DNA of 64,000 bases, from the IMG/VR virus record IMGVR_UViG_3300042465_003139, one strand, 5' to 3'. Of the stretch, positions 29,768 to 40,025 are shown in pieces. Position numbers and translations under genes: made by a program. Under the pieces are notes generated by a model. The model ran no database searches, had not been told where the DNA came from, and was given only the letters and a program-made list of their open reading frames with translations. Position 1 is the stretch's first letter. Each line of letters opens with the position of its first letter. Source of the stretch: an uncultured virus (IMG/VR IMGVR_UViG_3300042465_003139). Taxonomy: Duplodnaviria; Heunggongvirae; Uroviricota; Caudoviricetes.

Positions 29768-30806
29768 CCTGATTAACATTTACTTAGTGTATAGAATACT
29801 AAGACTGTTTACCACTCCATTCAATGAATGGAATGCTTATGCTACGGGCGTCATTGATGCGGAAGGAAATATTATTGTTCCTCCAGAGAAGCGTTCTACT
29901 GCACAAGATGAATCGTTCACTAAATTTGATTTACTCATTCTAAAACTAAAAAGAGTTTTAGAAAAACTTCCTTTTGGTAAAACAAGATTTGCATCATATG
30001 CGGCCGCATTGTATTTGCTGAAAGAAGACGTTAAGAATATTAACGAAGAAACTATCGAGGAAGATTTTCTAAGATACTTTGAAGACAAAGAAATGATTAC
30101 CGAAGAGATTGCTAATGTGACTGGCGCAAATGTTGCTGGCACTACAGGCGATCCTCCAATGGGCAAAAAATCACAAGCCGCTTTCATTCGTAGATTTGCT
30201 AACAATGATGTTTTCGTTGTTGACACGCAGAGATTCAATCAAGCGAGACTTGGCAAAAAGAAATATCTCAAATACGAAAAGTATGTTGGCAATGATGAGA
30301 TAGGCAATGCTATTCGCGAATATGGGCGCAAGTATCCAAAACGTCCTATCATTATTCAAGATAGTCAAACACACGCAATGACATTTTTACGATATGGTCG
30401 TAGCGGTATGTTTACTGAATCATTCGCGCCAGCAGAGTTAAACGAAGAAGTAACTCAAGCAGATTTAAGAAGCATTGAACAATATGCGGATAAGTTATTT
30501 AAAGCGATTGGTATTGATGTAGGATTTACTCGACACTTTTTAGATAGAGTAAATGACGAAAGAAATAGAAAGCAGATCACTACCGATGAACTAACTGCAC
30601 TATTTAAAAAGACATTTGAAAAGCACGGCAAAAAGATTCCTAAACTAGGACCTGATGCTGAAGCAGTTATTAACGATATGCAATCTGATATTAATATGCC
30701 GTTTGTTTTGAAATGGGATAGAGATTCAGAGGAATTAGATTTGGTTGCTAAGACAGTCATGAGAAAGAAAAACTTTATGACAAGCAATCAAAAATTAACA
30801 GTCTAA
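29760..30806 (+). CDS. multidomain conserved protein (T4-like 61.1-type N-terminus; C-terminal nuclease-like domain)
   Basis: YRILRLFTTPFNEWNAY.TGVIDAEG; C-terminal FTRHFLDRVND.RN...KTVMRK. Confidence 0.6.
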   Translation: MTNLINIYLVYRILRLFTTPFNEWNAYATGVIDAEGNIIVPPEKRSTAQDESFTKFDLLILKLKRVLEKLPFGKTRFASYAAALYLLKEDVKNINEETIEEDFLRYFEDKEMITEEIANVTGANVAGTTGDPPMGKKSQAAFIRRFANNDVFVVDTQRFNQARLGKKKYLKYEKYVGNDEIGNAIREYGRKYPKRPIIIQDSQTHAMTFLRYGRSGMFTESFAPAELNEEVTQADLRSIEQYADKLFKAIGIDVGFTRHFLDRVNDERNRKQITTDELTALFKKTFEKHGKKIPKLGPDAEAVINDMQSDINMPFVLKWDRDSEELDLVAKTVMRKKNFMTSNQKLTV

Positions 30807-30817
30807 GAGGGTTAACT

Positions 30818-31276
30818 ATGTGGATTTTGAGTTGGTTACCATACTGGATTTTTTATGCTATATTTTTTCTAGGAATTGTAGGATTCGTAGCGTCCCTTGT
30901 CATGCGTTTTGTACCTGCAATTTACATGTATAAAACACCAATTCAAGTTGTATCAATTATTCTCATTGCAATTGGTACATATATGTCTGGCGCGATATCA
31001 AATGAAGAAGCGTGGCAGGCAAGAGTAAAAGAATTGGAAGTTAAAGTTGCACAATCCGAAGCAAAAGCGGCGCAACAGAATACACAAATTGTTGAGAAGA
31101 TTGTATATAAAGACAAAATCGTAAAAGAAAAAGGCGATGAGATTGTTAAGTATATTGATAGAGAAGTGGTAAAGAGAGAAGAAGTGGTTAAGTTTATTGA
31201 GAACTGCCCTATACCAAATGAAATCGTAAACATTCATAATGATGCTATCAATAAAATGAAGAGCAATAAGAAATGA
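30818..31276 (+). CDS. Rz-like inner-membrane spanin
   Basis: N-terminal TMs, coiled coil, C-terminal Cys; followed by lipoprotein and endolysin. Confidence 0.65.
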   Translation: MWILSWLPYWIFYAIFFLGIVGFVASLVMRFVPAIYMYKTPIQVVSIILIAIGTYMSGAISNEEAWQARVKELEVKVAQSEAKAAQQNTQIVEKIVYKDKIVKEKGDEIVKYIDREVVKREEVVKFIENCPIPNEIVNIHNDAINKMKSNKK

Positions 31277-31542
31277 AAACAATCATTGTAGCAATTTCAT
31301 TATTGTTCATAACTGGTTGCTCAGTCACTACACCAGTCAAACGTAATTTTCCTCCTGCACCAGAAGCATTAATGAAACAATGCGAAGACCTTAAGTTATT
31401 GTCGGGAGATAAAGTTTCTATTACAGATATGTTAAAAGTTGTGGTAGAAAATTATAGATTACACTATGAATGTGCAAATAAAGTTGAGGGGTGGACCGAA
31501 TGGTACACGGAACAAAAGAAAATATTCGAGGATGTAAAATGA
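31273..31542 (+). CDS. Rz1-like outer-membrane lipoprotein spanin
   Basis: lipobox FITGC, Pro-rich FPPAPEALM, two further Cys. Confidence 0.7.
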   Translation: MKTIIVAISLLFITGCSVTTPVKRNFPPAPEALMKQCEDLKLLSGDKVSITDMLKVVVENYRLHYECANKVEGWTEWYTEQKKIFEDVK

Positions 31543-31808
31543 GAAAAATCATGTTATTAAGCATATCTCTAATGATTTTAACAGGTTGTGCAACATCAAA
31601 AGATTATACAGTCTATGTTGACGCACAGAAATCAATTAGCAAAGATAATACAATCAACGAAACTGCGAAAGTAAATGCGTTGATTGAAATGACAAAGAGT
31701 GCAGACCCCGCGGTTCGTGCAACAGGTATTATGTTGTTACAGCAACTCCAACAAGGAGCAAAGACTGTAACAATAGAACCTCCTAAGAAAAATATCTTAG
31801 GATTTTAA
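31539..31808 (+). CDS. lipoprotein
   Basis: lipobox ILTGC after hydrophobic signal. Confidence 0.7.
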   Translation: MRKIMLLSISLMILTGCATSKDYTVYVDAQKSISKDNTINETAKVNALIEMTKSADPAVRATGIMLLQQLQQGAKTVTIEPPKKNILGF

Positions 31809-31823
31809 GAAGGGAAACAAATA

Positions 31824-32447
31824 ATGGATTTGACGCTAGAACAACTAAAACAATTACTGCCTAAAAATCCCTACGTTCAAAATTGGCACAATGCATTGGT
31901 GCAACTATTTCCTGATTATGAGATTAACACGCCAAAACGTATGGCCGCATTCATTGCACAATGTTCACATGAATCGGCGGGCTTTATGATTCTCACCGAG
32001 AATTTAAACTACAAAGCGGCAACACTTAGAAAGATTTTTCCTAAGTATTTCCCCGATGATGCCACCGCACAAAGATATGCATCAATGCCTAATAAGCAAG
32101 AAGCAATTGCAAACAAAGTCTATGCAAGTCGCATGGGCAATGGAGATGAAGCGTCAGGCGATGGATACAAATATCGTGGTCGTGGATTGATTCAACTTAC
32201 AGGCAAGCAAAACTATTCTTGGTTCGCGGCTTCGTTGGAAATTTCTCCAGAAGAAGCAACCGAGTATCTTGGAACTTTTGAAGGTGCGGCTCAGTCTGCA
32301 TGTTGGTTCTGGGAAACAAATAAACTAAATCAATGGGCTGATAAAGGCGACATTGTAACATTAACTAAGCGTATCAATGGTGGCACCATTGGACTTGATG
32401 ACCGAATTAAACACTATGAACACGCCCTACATGTATTGGAGCACTAA
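31824..32447 (+). CDS. glycoside hydrolase family 19 endolysin
   Basis: AAFIAQCSHES, ENLNY, YRGRGLIQLTG, TKRINGG. Confidence 0.92.
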   Translation: MDLTLEQLKQLLPKNPYVQNWHNALVQLFPDYEINTPKRMAAFIAQCSHESAGFMILTENLNYKAATLRKIFPKYFPDDATAQRYASMPNKQEAIANKVYASRMGNGDEASGDGYKYRGRGLIQLTGKQNYSWFAASLEISPEEATEYLGTFEGAAQSACWFWETNKLNQWADKGDIVTLTKRINGGTIGLDDRIKHYEHALHVLEH

Positions 32448-32729
32448 ATGTCAGCAGGCGTACCTAACGATAGAAAATTGTTCAAGTGGTTAGCAATTCT
32501 AATCGTATTACCATTATTAATCGCAATATTCGGGGGAGATAGATTTAGATATCCTTGCCAAGACCCACAGAATTGGGAAAAGGATATGTGCAAAAAACCT
32601 TTGTGTGATGTGACAAGAACGTGTCCCGAACACGTATTTAAAGGACAGCGCGATCCTAGATTAGGACCGCCTACCGATCAATTGCCGCAAGGCACTCAAC
32701 CAACACAAGGAGTAAACTGTGGAAGATAA
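32448..32729 (+). CDS. membrane-anchored Cys-rich small protein
   Basis: TM then DRFRYPCQDPQNW...C..P.C....CP. Confidence 0.7.
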   Translation: MSAGVPNDRKLFKWLAILIVLPLLIAIFGGDRFRYPCQDPQNWEKDMCKKPLCDVTRTCPEHVFKGQRDPRLGPPTDQLPQGTQPTQGVNCGR

Positions 32730-33255
32730 TATTGAGAAAGGTGGTACATTCGTGTATACTGACGACCAACTGATGGCGCGCTTAAAATTTTTTATTGGCG
32801 TTTGCTTATCACTCACACTAACTGGCATTGTATTCGTTGTTCTATATTCATTGATTTTTGTAACACAACCTCTGAATGCTATTTCACCAATCGATCAAAA
32901 GTTCTTTGAGTTGATTGTACCTATCGCAACATTCTTAACTGGTACGCTATCAGGCATTATGCTTGCCGGCACTAAGAAAGAAGATCAAGAGGCAATGATT
33001 ACTGCACAAAAGTTGGCAAATGAGAACTTTGAAGCAACTAAAAAAGCAATGACTATGCCGCCCCCGGTGCAACCTAAAGAGCAAAACTTCGGAAGTGGCG
33101 GTTTTGGCGGAGGAAGTTTTGGTGGCTTCGGTGGTGCAGACGCTAACATGAGAAGACCAATGAGCGTTGATGAAATTCCTCCATTTAATCCTAGCGTTAA
33201 TACTGGATTTGGCGGTAGACCTGCACCGGTTCAGCCTCCACATCCTGAGATTTAA
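32719..33255 (+). CDS. 2-TM membrane protein (holin-like)
   Basis: two TMs, PIATFLTGTLSGIML, Pro/Gly-rich tail. Confidence 0.65.
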   Translation: MEDNIEKGGTFVYTDDQLMARLKFFIGVCLSLTLTGIVFVVLYSLIFVTQPLNAISPIDQKFFELIVPIATFLTGTLSGIMLAGTKKEDQEAMITAQKLANENFEATKKAMTMPPPVQPKEQNFGSGGFGGGSFGGFGGADANMRRPMSVDEIPPFNPSVNTGFGGRPAPVQPPHPEI

Positions 33256-33258
33256 ACA

Positions 33259-33570
33259 ATGCAATTAAGGACAATGCTACTTGATGGACACAATGGCACA
33301 CTTAGTAGTAAGCGTGTCATAACCTTTCTTGCGTTCATTCTTTGTAGCATTGCTTTCGTAGCAGATTTATTTTGGGACTATAACGTATCGCCAAATGTAT
33401 TTGAGGGCATGATTTATATTGCAATCGCAGGACTAGGTGTGACTGCATCAGAAAAATTTGCAAATAGAAACACCCAACCTCAAAATACGCAACAGCAAAA
33501 CTACTATGTTCCAATAAATAGAAGAGTTTATGGAACTCCATTACCTAAAGCAGAGGAAAAAGAATTATGA
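33259..33570 (+). CDS. 2-TM holin-like protein
   Basis: SSKRVITF + two TMs + EKF. Confidence 0.6.
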   Translation: MQLRTMLLDGHNGTLSSKRVITFLAFILCSIAFVADLFWDYNVSPNVFEGMIYIAIAGLGVTASEKFANRNTQPQNTQQQNYYVPINRRVYGTPLPKAEEKEL

Positions 33571-33770
33571 AGAAACTAGTTGCAATCGCTATGATGATCA
33601 TGGCGTCCACAGTATTCGCCGCAGAAACAAAAAAAGTTTGTATTGATAAGATTGGCAAAGACGGCAAGGTCGTAGTTGACAAGAAAACAGGCAAGCCTGA
33701 ACAAGACTGTAAGGAAATGAAAGTCCACAAGAAACTTGAGGGCACAGAAGTTCCAGGTCAGAAGAAGTAA
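33567..33770 (+). CDS. small secreted protein
   Basis: Sec signal ending VFA, two Cys. Confidence 0.65.
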   Translation: MKKLVAIAMMIMASTVFAAETKKVCIDKIGKDGKVVVDKKTGKPEQDCKEMKVHKKLEGTEVPGQKK

Positions 33771-33772
33771 CT

Positions 33773-34204
33773 ATGTCTACCGATGTGGTCGATCTTAAGA
33801 TCGATGTTGAAGTTTTGAAGACACAAGTATCTAACATCACCGATCTTTGCAAAAAGATGGATTCAGTTATTGAAAAACTGGTGGCTAACCACGACCGCAT
33901 GGTAAATCAAATCTACGATGACATGAACGAGCGTAAGAAGGATACCTTGAGCGATATAAAAGAACTACACTCTAGAATCACAACAGTTGATAGAAATCTA
34001 ACAGATAAGTTAGAATTAACTGAGCGCAGAATCATGGATGAAATTAAGTCATTGCGCGAGGATATAGCGGAACACAACAAAGTGGAAGATAGAGAATTGA
34101 AAAAAATCTTACAATGGAAGTGGATGGCTGCCGGTGGTGTTGTTGCATTGGCATGGGTATTCTCCCATATTAACCTAGATATGTTATCCAAGTTGTTTAA
34201 TTAA
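33773..34204 (+). CDS. coiled-coil protein with C-terminal TM
   Basis: ELHSRITT motif, WKWMAAGG TM; typical neighbour of gp61. Confidence 0.7.
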   Translation: MSTDVVDLKIDVEVLKTQVSNITDLCKKMDSVIEKLVANHDRMVNQIYDDMNERKKDTLSDIKELHSRITTVDRNLTDKLELTERRIMDEIKSLREDIAEHNKVEDRELKKILQWKWMAAGGVVALAWVFSHINLDMLSKLFN

Positions 34205-34210
34205 CATAAT

Positions 34211-34239
34211 TTGACATTTCACTCAGATGAGTGTATAAT
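34211..34239 (+). promoter_or_regulatory. sigma70-type promoter
   Basis: TTGACA-17 nt-TATAAT. Confidence 0.8.
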
Positions 34240-34280
34240 CAACGGTGTTAAGGTTGATATGAAGATAATGGATTTATACT

Positions 34281-35300
34281 ATGAGCATGTGGATCGATCA
34301 GAAATTTATAGGGGCATTGTCTCCTAAATTAGATAAGTTTGCCCGTAAGGGTGATTACTTATACAACTTTCGTTGCCCTATCTGTGGCGACTCCCAAACA
34401 AACAAGAACAAGGCTCGCGGATATGTATTCGCAGGCAAGGGTGGACTTTACTTTAAATGTCACAACTGTGCCGCATCAATGTCTCTTGGAAATCTCATCA
34501 AAGCAGTTGATCCTGCACTCTATAAAGAATACAGTTTGGATAGATATAAGTCCGGCGAGACAGGGCGTAAAGCACATAAAGATCATGGGTTTGTTTTCAA
34601 GCCTGTTACTTTTGGTAGCAACAAAACTGAAACGTTCAAAGGTGTTCTGGTTGCACTTTCATCATTACCCGAATCGCATGAAGCAATTCGTTATGTGAAA
34701 TCTAGACAGATTCCCGAGAACAAATATAATTTACTCTACTATGTAGATGATGTGTCGAAGTTAAAAATTCTTGCACCAAGTTATGAGGAAAAACTTGTCA
34801 CGAATGAACCTAGAATTGTCATGCCTTTTTATGATGAGGAAGATAATCTAGTTGGCTTATCGTGTCGCGCAATGCGAAATGAAAAGCAAAGATACGTTGT
34901 AGTAAAGATTAAAGACGATTTGCCTTTCTTATTCAACATGAATGGTATAGATAAAGAAGATACTGTTTTTGTGACTGAAGGTCCTATTGATAGTTTATTC
35001 TTACCTAATGCGGTTGCGGTTGGTAACTCTAATCTCAAATATGCACTAGATAAGATTGACGGAAGCATAGTTTTAGTGTATGATAATGAACCTCGCAACA
35101 AAGAGATTGTTCGAGAAATGAAAGTTGCAATTGATGCAAATGCGTCAATTTGTATCTGGCCCAAAGACGTAAAAGAAAAAGATATTAATGATATGGTACT
35201 TGCAGGAAAAACGCAGAATGAAATCGTCCATACAATAAATAAAAATACTTTTTTCGGACCGCAAGCACTACTTGAATTTAATAATTGGAGAATGACATGA
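34281..35300 (+). CDS. 61: DNA primase (gp61)
   Basis: NFRCPICGDS, KCHNC zinc finger, TEGPIDSLFL, YDNEPRN, KDINDM. Confidence 0.95.
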   Translation: MSMWIDQKFIGALSPKLDKFARKGDYLYNFRCPICGDSQTNKNKARGYVFAGKGGLYFKCHNCAASMSLGNLIKAVDPALYKEYSLDRYKSGETGRKAHKDHGFVFKPVTFGSNKTETFKGVLVALSSLPESHEAIRYVKSRQIPENKYNLLYYVDDVSKLKILAPSYEEKLVTNEPRIVMPFYDEEDNLVGLSCRAMRNEKQRYVVVKIKDDLPFLFNMNGIDKEDTVFVTEGPIDSLFLPNAVAVGNSNLKYALDKIDGSIVLVYDNEPRNKEIVREMKVAIDANASICIWPKDVKEKDINDMVLAGKTQNEIVHTINKNTFFGPQALLEFNNWRMT

Positions 35301-35974
35301 AAGTTAGATTGGTTAGTTATTCACAGATCGATAAGGAAAGCGACAATGATATTGAACAGTTACTATCAGCACAAGACTTGGTGGCCTACTGCGCCCGTGT
35401 ATCGAATCCAAGCAATCAGTCCAATACCGAGTCTTCAGAAAGACTCATCAAATACCTCATCAAACACAAACACTGGTCACCGTTGGAAATGGTCTCAGCC
35501 TGTCTTGAAGTTGAAACCACAAGAGACATTGCAAGACAACTACTACGTCATCGATCCTTCTCCTTTCAAGAGTTCTCCCAACGATATGCTGACCCTACTC
35601 AAGAACTCTCTTTCGTTCTTAGAGAAGCACGATTGCAAGATACAAAAAATCGACAAAACAGCATCGCAATAAGTGACGATACATTTCAACGTGCGTGGGA
35701 AGTAAAACAAGAACATGTGATTCGTGCGGCTAAACATGCGTATGAATGGGCTATACAGAATGGTATAGCAAAAGAACAAGCAAGAGTTGTGCTACCAGAA
35801 GGTAACACAGTCTCAAGATTGTATGTGAATGGAACTCTCCGTTCATGGGTACATTATATTGACTTGCGTTCCGAAAACGGAACACAGTTAGAACATATCG
35901 AGGTCGCTAAAGCATGTGCTGAAGTGATTAGTAAAATTTTTCCAATGATTAAAACAATAAGAGAGCAAGAATGA
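35297..35974 (+). CDS. thyX: FAD-dependent thymidylate synthase
   Basis: RHRSFSFQEFSQRY motif, HWSPLE. Confidence 0.96.
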   Translation: MKVRLVSYSQIDKESDNDIEQLLSAQDLVAYCARVSNPSNQSNTESSERLIKYLIKHKHWSPLEMVSACLEVETTRDIARQLLRHRSFSFQEFSQRYADPTQELSFVLREARLQDTKNRQNSIAISDDTFQRAWEVKQEHVIRAAKHAYEWAIQNGIAKEQARVVLPEGNTVSRLYVNGTLRSWVHYIDLRSENGTQLEHIEVAKACAEVISKIFPMIKTIREQE

Positions 35975-37770
35975 CAACTGGTACTGTAAACGGAATTAAA
36001 GTAGACTATAATAGGGATCAACTATTTGATGAACTAGGAATTAAGAGATTAAAAGAGAGTTACATGCGCGAGGATGAAAACTCGCCACAGGAGAGATTTG
36101 CATATGTTTCTAAGGCTTTTGGGACAGATAGTGGACACGCGCAAAGGCTTTATGAGTATTCTTCTAGACATTGGCTTTCTTATTCTACTCCCATTTTATC
36201 TTTTGGTAGGTCTAAGCGTGGTCTGCCTATATCATGTTTTCTACCATATCTTGATGACTCCGCTGAAGGTCTTGTTGACACTCTATCAGAAGTTAACTGG
36301 CTAAGCATGTTAGGAGGAGGTGTAGGAATTGGAATTGGAATTCGTTCGTCTGACGATAAATCTGTTGGCGTTATGCCTCATTTACGCACTTATGATGCTT
36401 CTTCTCTTGCTTACAGGCAAGGTAGAACCCGTAGAGGCAGTTATGCTACTTACTTGGATATTTCCCATCCTGATATTCTTCTCTTCTTAGAAATGAGAAA
36501 GCCAACGGGCGATCCCAATCTTCGCACATTGAATCTACATCACGGCATTAACATTCCAGATTCTTTCATGCAGATTATTGAACGTTGCATGATTGATAAA
36601 GATGCGGATGATTCATGGGAACTCAAAGACCCACATGATGGTACTGTTCGTGAAGTTGTTTCTGCAAAAGAACTTTGGCAACGTGTGCTAGACATTCGTA
36701 TGCAAACAGGTGAACCATACATACACTTCATTGATACAAGCAATCGTGCAATGCCAGAGTTTCAAAAGAAACTTGGGTTGTCAATTCGTCAAAGCAATTT
36801 GTGTTCTGAAATTATTCTTCCTACAGATAAGAAACGTACCGCAGTATGTTGTCTATCTTCATTGAATCTTGAATACTTTGATGAATGGAAAAACGATAAA
36901 CAATTTCTGCGTGATGTTGCAGAGATGCTAGATAATGTGTTACAATACTTTATTGATCATGCGCCATCTACAGTCAAACGCGCAAAATATTCTGCAACAA
37001 GAGAACGCTCAATTGGCATTGGTGCATTAGGATTTCATGCTTATCTACAGAAAATAAACACACCATTTGAATCTGCACAAGCAACAGGCACAAACATTAA
37101 AATCTTTAAACACATTCGCCAGGGACTAGATGAAGCAAATCTTCAATTGGGCAATGAAAGAGGAGAAGCACCTGACGCGGAAGGTACTGGCAAGCGTTTT
37201 AGTCATGTTATGGCTATTGCTCCTAACGCAAGCAGTTCGATTATTATGGGCAACACCTCGCCAAGTATTGAACCCTTCCGTGCAAATGCTTATAGACAAG
37301 ATACACTCAGCGGCTCGTCACTAAACAAAAATAAGTACCTTGATAATATCATTAAGGAGAAGTGTAATGGAGATGATAAACACGACTACAATGAGATTTG
37401 GTCCTCAATCATCGCTAACGACGGATCAATTCAGCACTTGGAACTATTCGATCAATGGACAAAGGATGTATTCAAAACTTCCATGGAGATTGACCAAAGA
37501 TGGCTTGTGGATCATGCGGCTCACAGACAAAGTTACATTGACCAAGCGCAGTCCCTCAATCTGTTCTTTAGACCTGATGTTAATGTGAAGTATCTTCATG
37601 CTGTTCATTTCATGGCATGGAAGCAAGGACTCAAAACACTTTATTACTGCCGTTCTGAAAAGATTGGTAAAGCAGATAAAGTTGCAAAGCGCATTGAGCG
37701 TGAAGCAATTAAAGAACTTGATATGAAAGCAATTATTGAAGGCGATACGTGCCTTGCATGTGAAGGTTGA
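35971..37770 (+). CDS. nrdA: ribonucleotide reductase class Ia alpha subunit
   Basis: PISCF, SNLCSEI, APNASSS, LKTLYY, C-terminal CLACEG. Confidence 0.96.
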   Translation: MTTGTVNGIKVDYNRDQLFDELGIKRLKESYMREDENSPQERFAYVSKAFGTDSGHAQRLYEYSSRHWLSYSTPILSFGRSKRGLPISCFLPYLDDSAEGLVDTLSEVNWLSMLGGGVGIGIGIRSSDDKSVGVMPHLRTYDASSLAYRQGRTRRGSYATYLDISHPDILLFLEMRKPTGDPNLRTLNLHHGINIPDSFMQIIERCMIDKDADDSWELKDPHDGTVREVVSAKELWQRVLDIRMQTGEPYIHFIDTSNRAMPEFQKKLGLSIRQSNLCSEIILPTDKKRTAVCCLSSLNLEYFDEWKNDKQFLRDVAEMLDNVLQYFIDHAPSTVKRAKYSATRERSIGIGALGFHAYLQKINTPFESAQATGTNIKIFKHIRQGLDEANLQLGNERGEAPDAEGTGKRFSHVMAIAPNASSSIIMGNTSPSIEPFRANAYRQDTLSGSSLNKNKYLDNIIKEKCNGDDKHDYNEIWSSIIANDGSIQHLELFDQWTKDVFKTSMEIDQRWLVDHAAHRQSYIDQAQSLNLFFRPDVNVKYLHAVHFMAWKQGLKTLYYCRSEKIGKADKVAKRIEREAIKELDMKAIIEGDTCLACEG

Positions 37771-37772
37771 TT

Positions 37773-38081
37773 ATGACACCATTAGAATGGGTTGTTATAT
37801 TTTTTAGTGTAATGTTTGTTCTATCTCGAATTCGTATTCGAGTTGTAAAAGAGGAAGAACCAAAAGAACACGGAGGTGAATTGATTGAACAGGAATATTT
37901 AAATTCAATCAAGCCACCAATAATTTGTAATACTGAACTTATCAATAACCAGATTTATGTTTGGAATAAAGAAACCGAAACGTTTATGATTCAGGGCAAA
38001 TCAATGGAAGACATTGTTGAATATTTTACGCAAAACTTTCCAGGCAGAAAAATCGTATTAGTAGAGAAAAGAGAAAAATGA
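37773..38081 (+). CDS. membrane-anchored hypothetical protein
   Basis: N-terminal TM; between nrdA and nrdB. Confidence 0.65.
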   Translation: MTPLEWVVIFFSVMFVLSRIRIRVVKEEEPKEHGGELIEQEYLNSIKPPIICNTELINNQIYVWNKETETFMIQGKSMEDIVEYFTQNFPGRKIVLVEKREK

Positions 38082-39070
38082 TTAAAAAGACAGAAACACG
38101 ATTGACGGATACAAGAGATTCGTTTAAGCCATTTCATTATCCGTGGGCATACGATGCTTGGCTAAAGCACGAACAATCTCATTGGTTGCATACCGAAGTG
38201 CCTATGGCAGAAGATGTAAAAGATTGGAAGAAAAAATTAACTGATGAAGAAAAGCGTTTTCTCACAAACATCTTTCGTTTCTTTACACAAGGAGACATTG
38301 ACGTTGCTGGTGGCTATGTAAATAACTATCTTCCATACTTTCCTCAACCTGAAGTTCGCATGATGTTGATGGGCTTTGCCGCGAGAGAAGCGTTACACAT
38401 TGCCGCATACTCTCATTTGATTGAGACATTAGGTATGCCTGAATCCACGTATGCAGAATTCTTAGAGTATTCTGAAATGAGAGAGAAGCACGAATATGTT
38501 TTGAACATCTCTTCGAAAAATGGAACGACAGAATCTACTGCTACACATATTGCCGTGTTCTCTGCATTTACTGAAGGTATGCAGTTGTTCTCCTCATTCA
38601 TCATGTTGTTAAACTTTCCTCGCACAGGCAAGATGAAAGGTATGGGACAGATTGTTACTTGGTCAATTGTTGATGAGACACAACACGCAGAGTCAATGAT
38701 TAAACTGTTTAGAACATACATAGAAGAAAATCGCGAGATTTGGAATGATGAACTCAAAGGAAAAATCTACACGATTGCAGAAAGAATGGTTCAACTAGAA
38801 GATAAGTTTATTGATCTTGCATTTGGTATGAATAAAATGGAAGGTCTTACTAATGAAGAAGTTAAACAATACATTCGATACATTGCAGATCGCCGCTTGA
38901 TTTCTCTCGGTATGAAAGGCATTTTCAAGGTCAAGAAAAATCCATTGCCTTGGGTTGAAGAAATGATCAATGCACCAACTCACACAAACTTTTTTGAGAA
39001 TCGAGCAACAGATTATGCAAAAGGCGCTCTGACTGGTAAATGGGAAGAAGTTTGGGGCAAGGCCGCCTAA
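38078..39070 (+). CDS. nrdB: ribonucleotide reductase class Ia beta subunit
   Basis: FFTQGD, EALH..AY, EGMQLFSSF, DETQH, NFFENR. Confidence 0.96.
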   Translation: MIKKTETRLTDTRDSFKPFHYPWAYDAWLKHEQSHWLHTEVPMAEDVKDWKKKLTDEEKRFLTNIFRFFTQGDIDVAGGYVNNYLPYFPQPEVRMMLMGFAAREALHIAAYSHLIETLGMPESTYAEFLEYSEMREKHEYVLNISSKNGTTESTATHIAVFSAFTEGMQLFSSFIMLLNFPRTGKMKGMGQIVTWSIVDETQHAESMIKLFRTYIEENREIWNDELKGKIYTIAERMVQLEDKFIDLAFGMNKMEGLTNEEVKQYIRYIADRRLISLGMKGIFKVKKNPLPWVEEMINAPTHTNFFENRATDYAKGALTGKWEEVWGKAA

Positions 39071-39771
39071 TGATAGAAATCATATATCTTTTGTTATGCA
39101 CCCATATTACAATCATTTGCGTTACACTTTTTCTACATAGAGGTCAAGCCCATCGTGGGATTCAATTCAATCCTATTGTAGAACACTTCATGCGTTTTTG
39201 GTTATGGTTAACAACTGGTATGATCACTAAAGAGTGGGTTGCTGTTCATCGTAAACATCATAGATTTACTGAACAAGATGGTGACCCACATAGTCCGCGT
39301 GTGTTTGGAATATGGACAGTTTTATTTAAAGGTGCATTCTTGTATAATCGTGCATCGAAAGATAAAGAAATGGTAGACACATATGGAATTGGCACTCCTG
39401 ATGATTGGATGGAACGTAACGTTTATAGTAAGTATGCTTTTTTGGGTATACTGGTTTTGCTTTTGGGTAATATTACTTTGTTTGGTAGTATCGGCATCGC
39501 CATATGGGCGATACAAATGATATGGATACCATTTTGGGCAGCCGGAGTAATTAATGGCATCGGACATTTTTGGGGTTATAGAAACGGAGACACGAAAGAC
39601 AATAGTAAAAATATTAGTTTTTTCGGTCTTGTCATTGGTGGTGAAGAACTACATAATAATCATCACCTAGATCCAGCAAACCCTAAACTAAGTAAGAAGT
39701 GGTGGGAGTTTGATGTGGGTTGGATGTGGCTAACATTACTTGTCAAATTAAATTTAGCAAAAATACGATGA
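39070..39771 (+). CDS. delta-9-type membrane fatty acid desaturase
   Basis: His boxes HRGQAH, HRKHH, HNNHH; DPHSP; GGEELH. Confidence 0.92.
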   Translation: MIEIIYLLLCTHITIICVTLFLHRGQAHRGIQFNPIVEHFMRFWLWLTTGMITKEWVAVHRKHHRFTEQDGDPHSPRVFGIWTVLFKGAFLYNRASKDKEMVDTYGIGTPDDWMERNVYSKYAFLGILVLLLGNITLFGSIGIAIWAIQMIWIPFWAAGVINGIGHFWGYRNGDTKDNSKNISFFGLVIGGEELHNNHHLDPANPKLSKKWWEFDVGWMWLTLLVKLNLAKIR

Positions 39772-39781
39772 AGGAAATATT

Positions 39782-40024
39782 ATGATGATGCAAGTCTCTA
39801 CTCTAATTGAATTGGCTAAAGAAGTCGAAGTAGAAGATCCTATCGATTGGGGGATGTTAAATATTAGCGAAAATGATGCATATAAATTAGTAGCATCTTC
39901 TGTTTTAGAAAATTTTAATGAACCTTGGCAGATAGATAAACAAGTCGCAATGCTTGCAACAATCACAAAGTTGACTGTTGAAAACTTTGTGTTAAATATA
40001 AAACTATTACAAAAGAGAGAATAA
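39782..40024 (+). CDS. conserved hypothetical protein
   Basis: EDPIDWG...TKLTVENFVLN. Confidence 0.7.
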   Translation: MMMQVSTLIELAKEVEVEDPIDWGMLNISENDAYKLVASSVLENFNEPWQIDKQVAMLATITKLTVENFVLNIKLLQKRE

Positions 40025-40025
40025 T

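Noticed and set aside
11312..39070. Introns or inteins in gene 43, gene 41, nrdA or nrdB
   Set aside because: Each ORF is continuous and of normal or compact length
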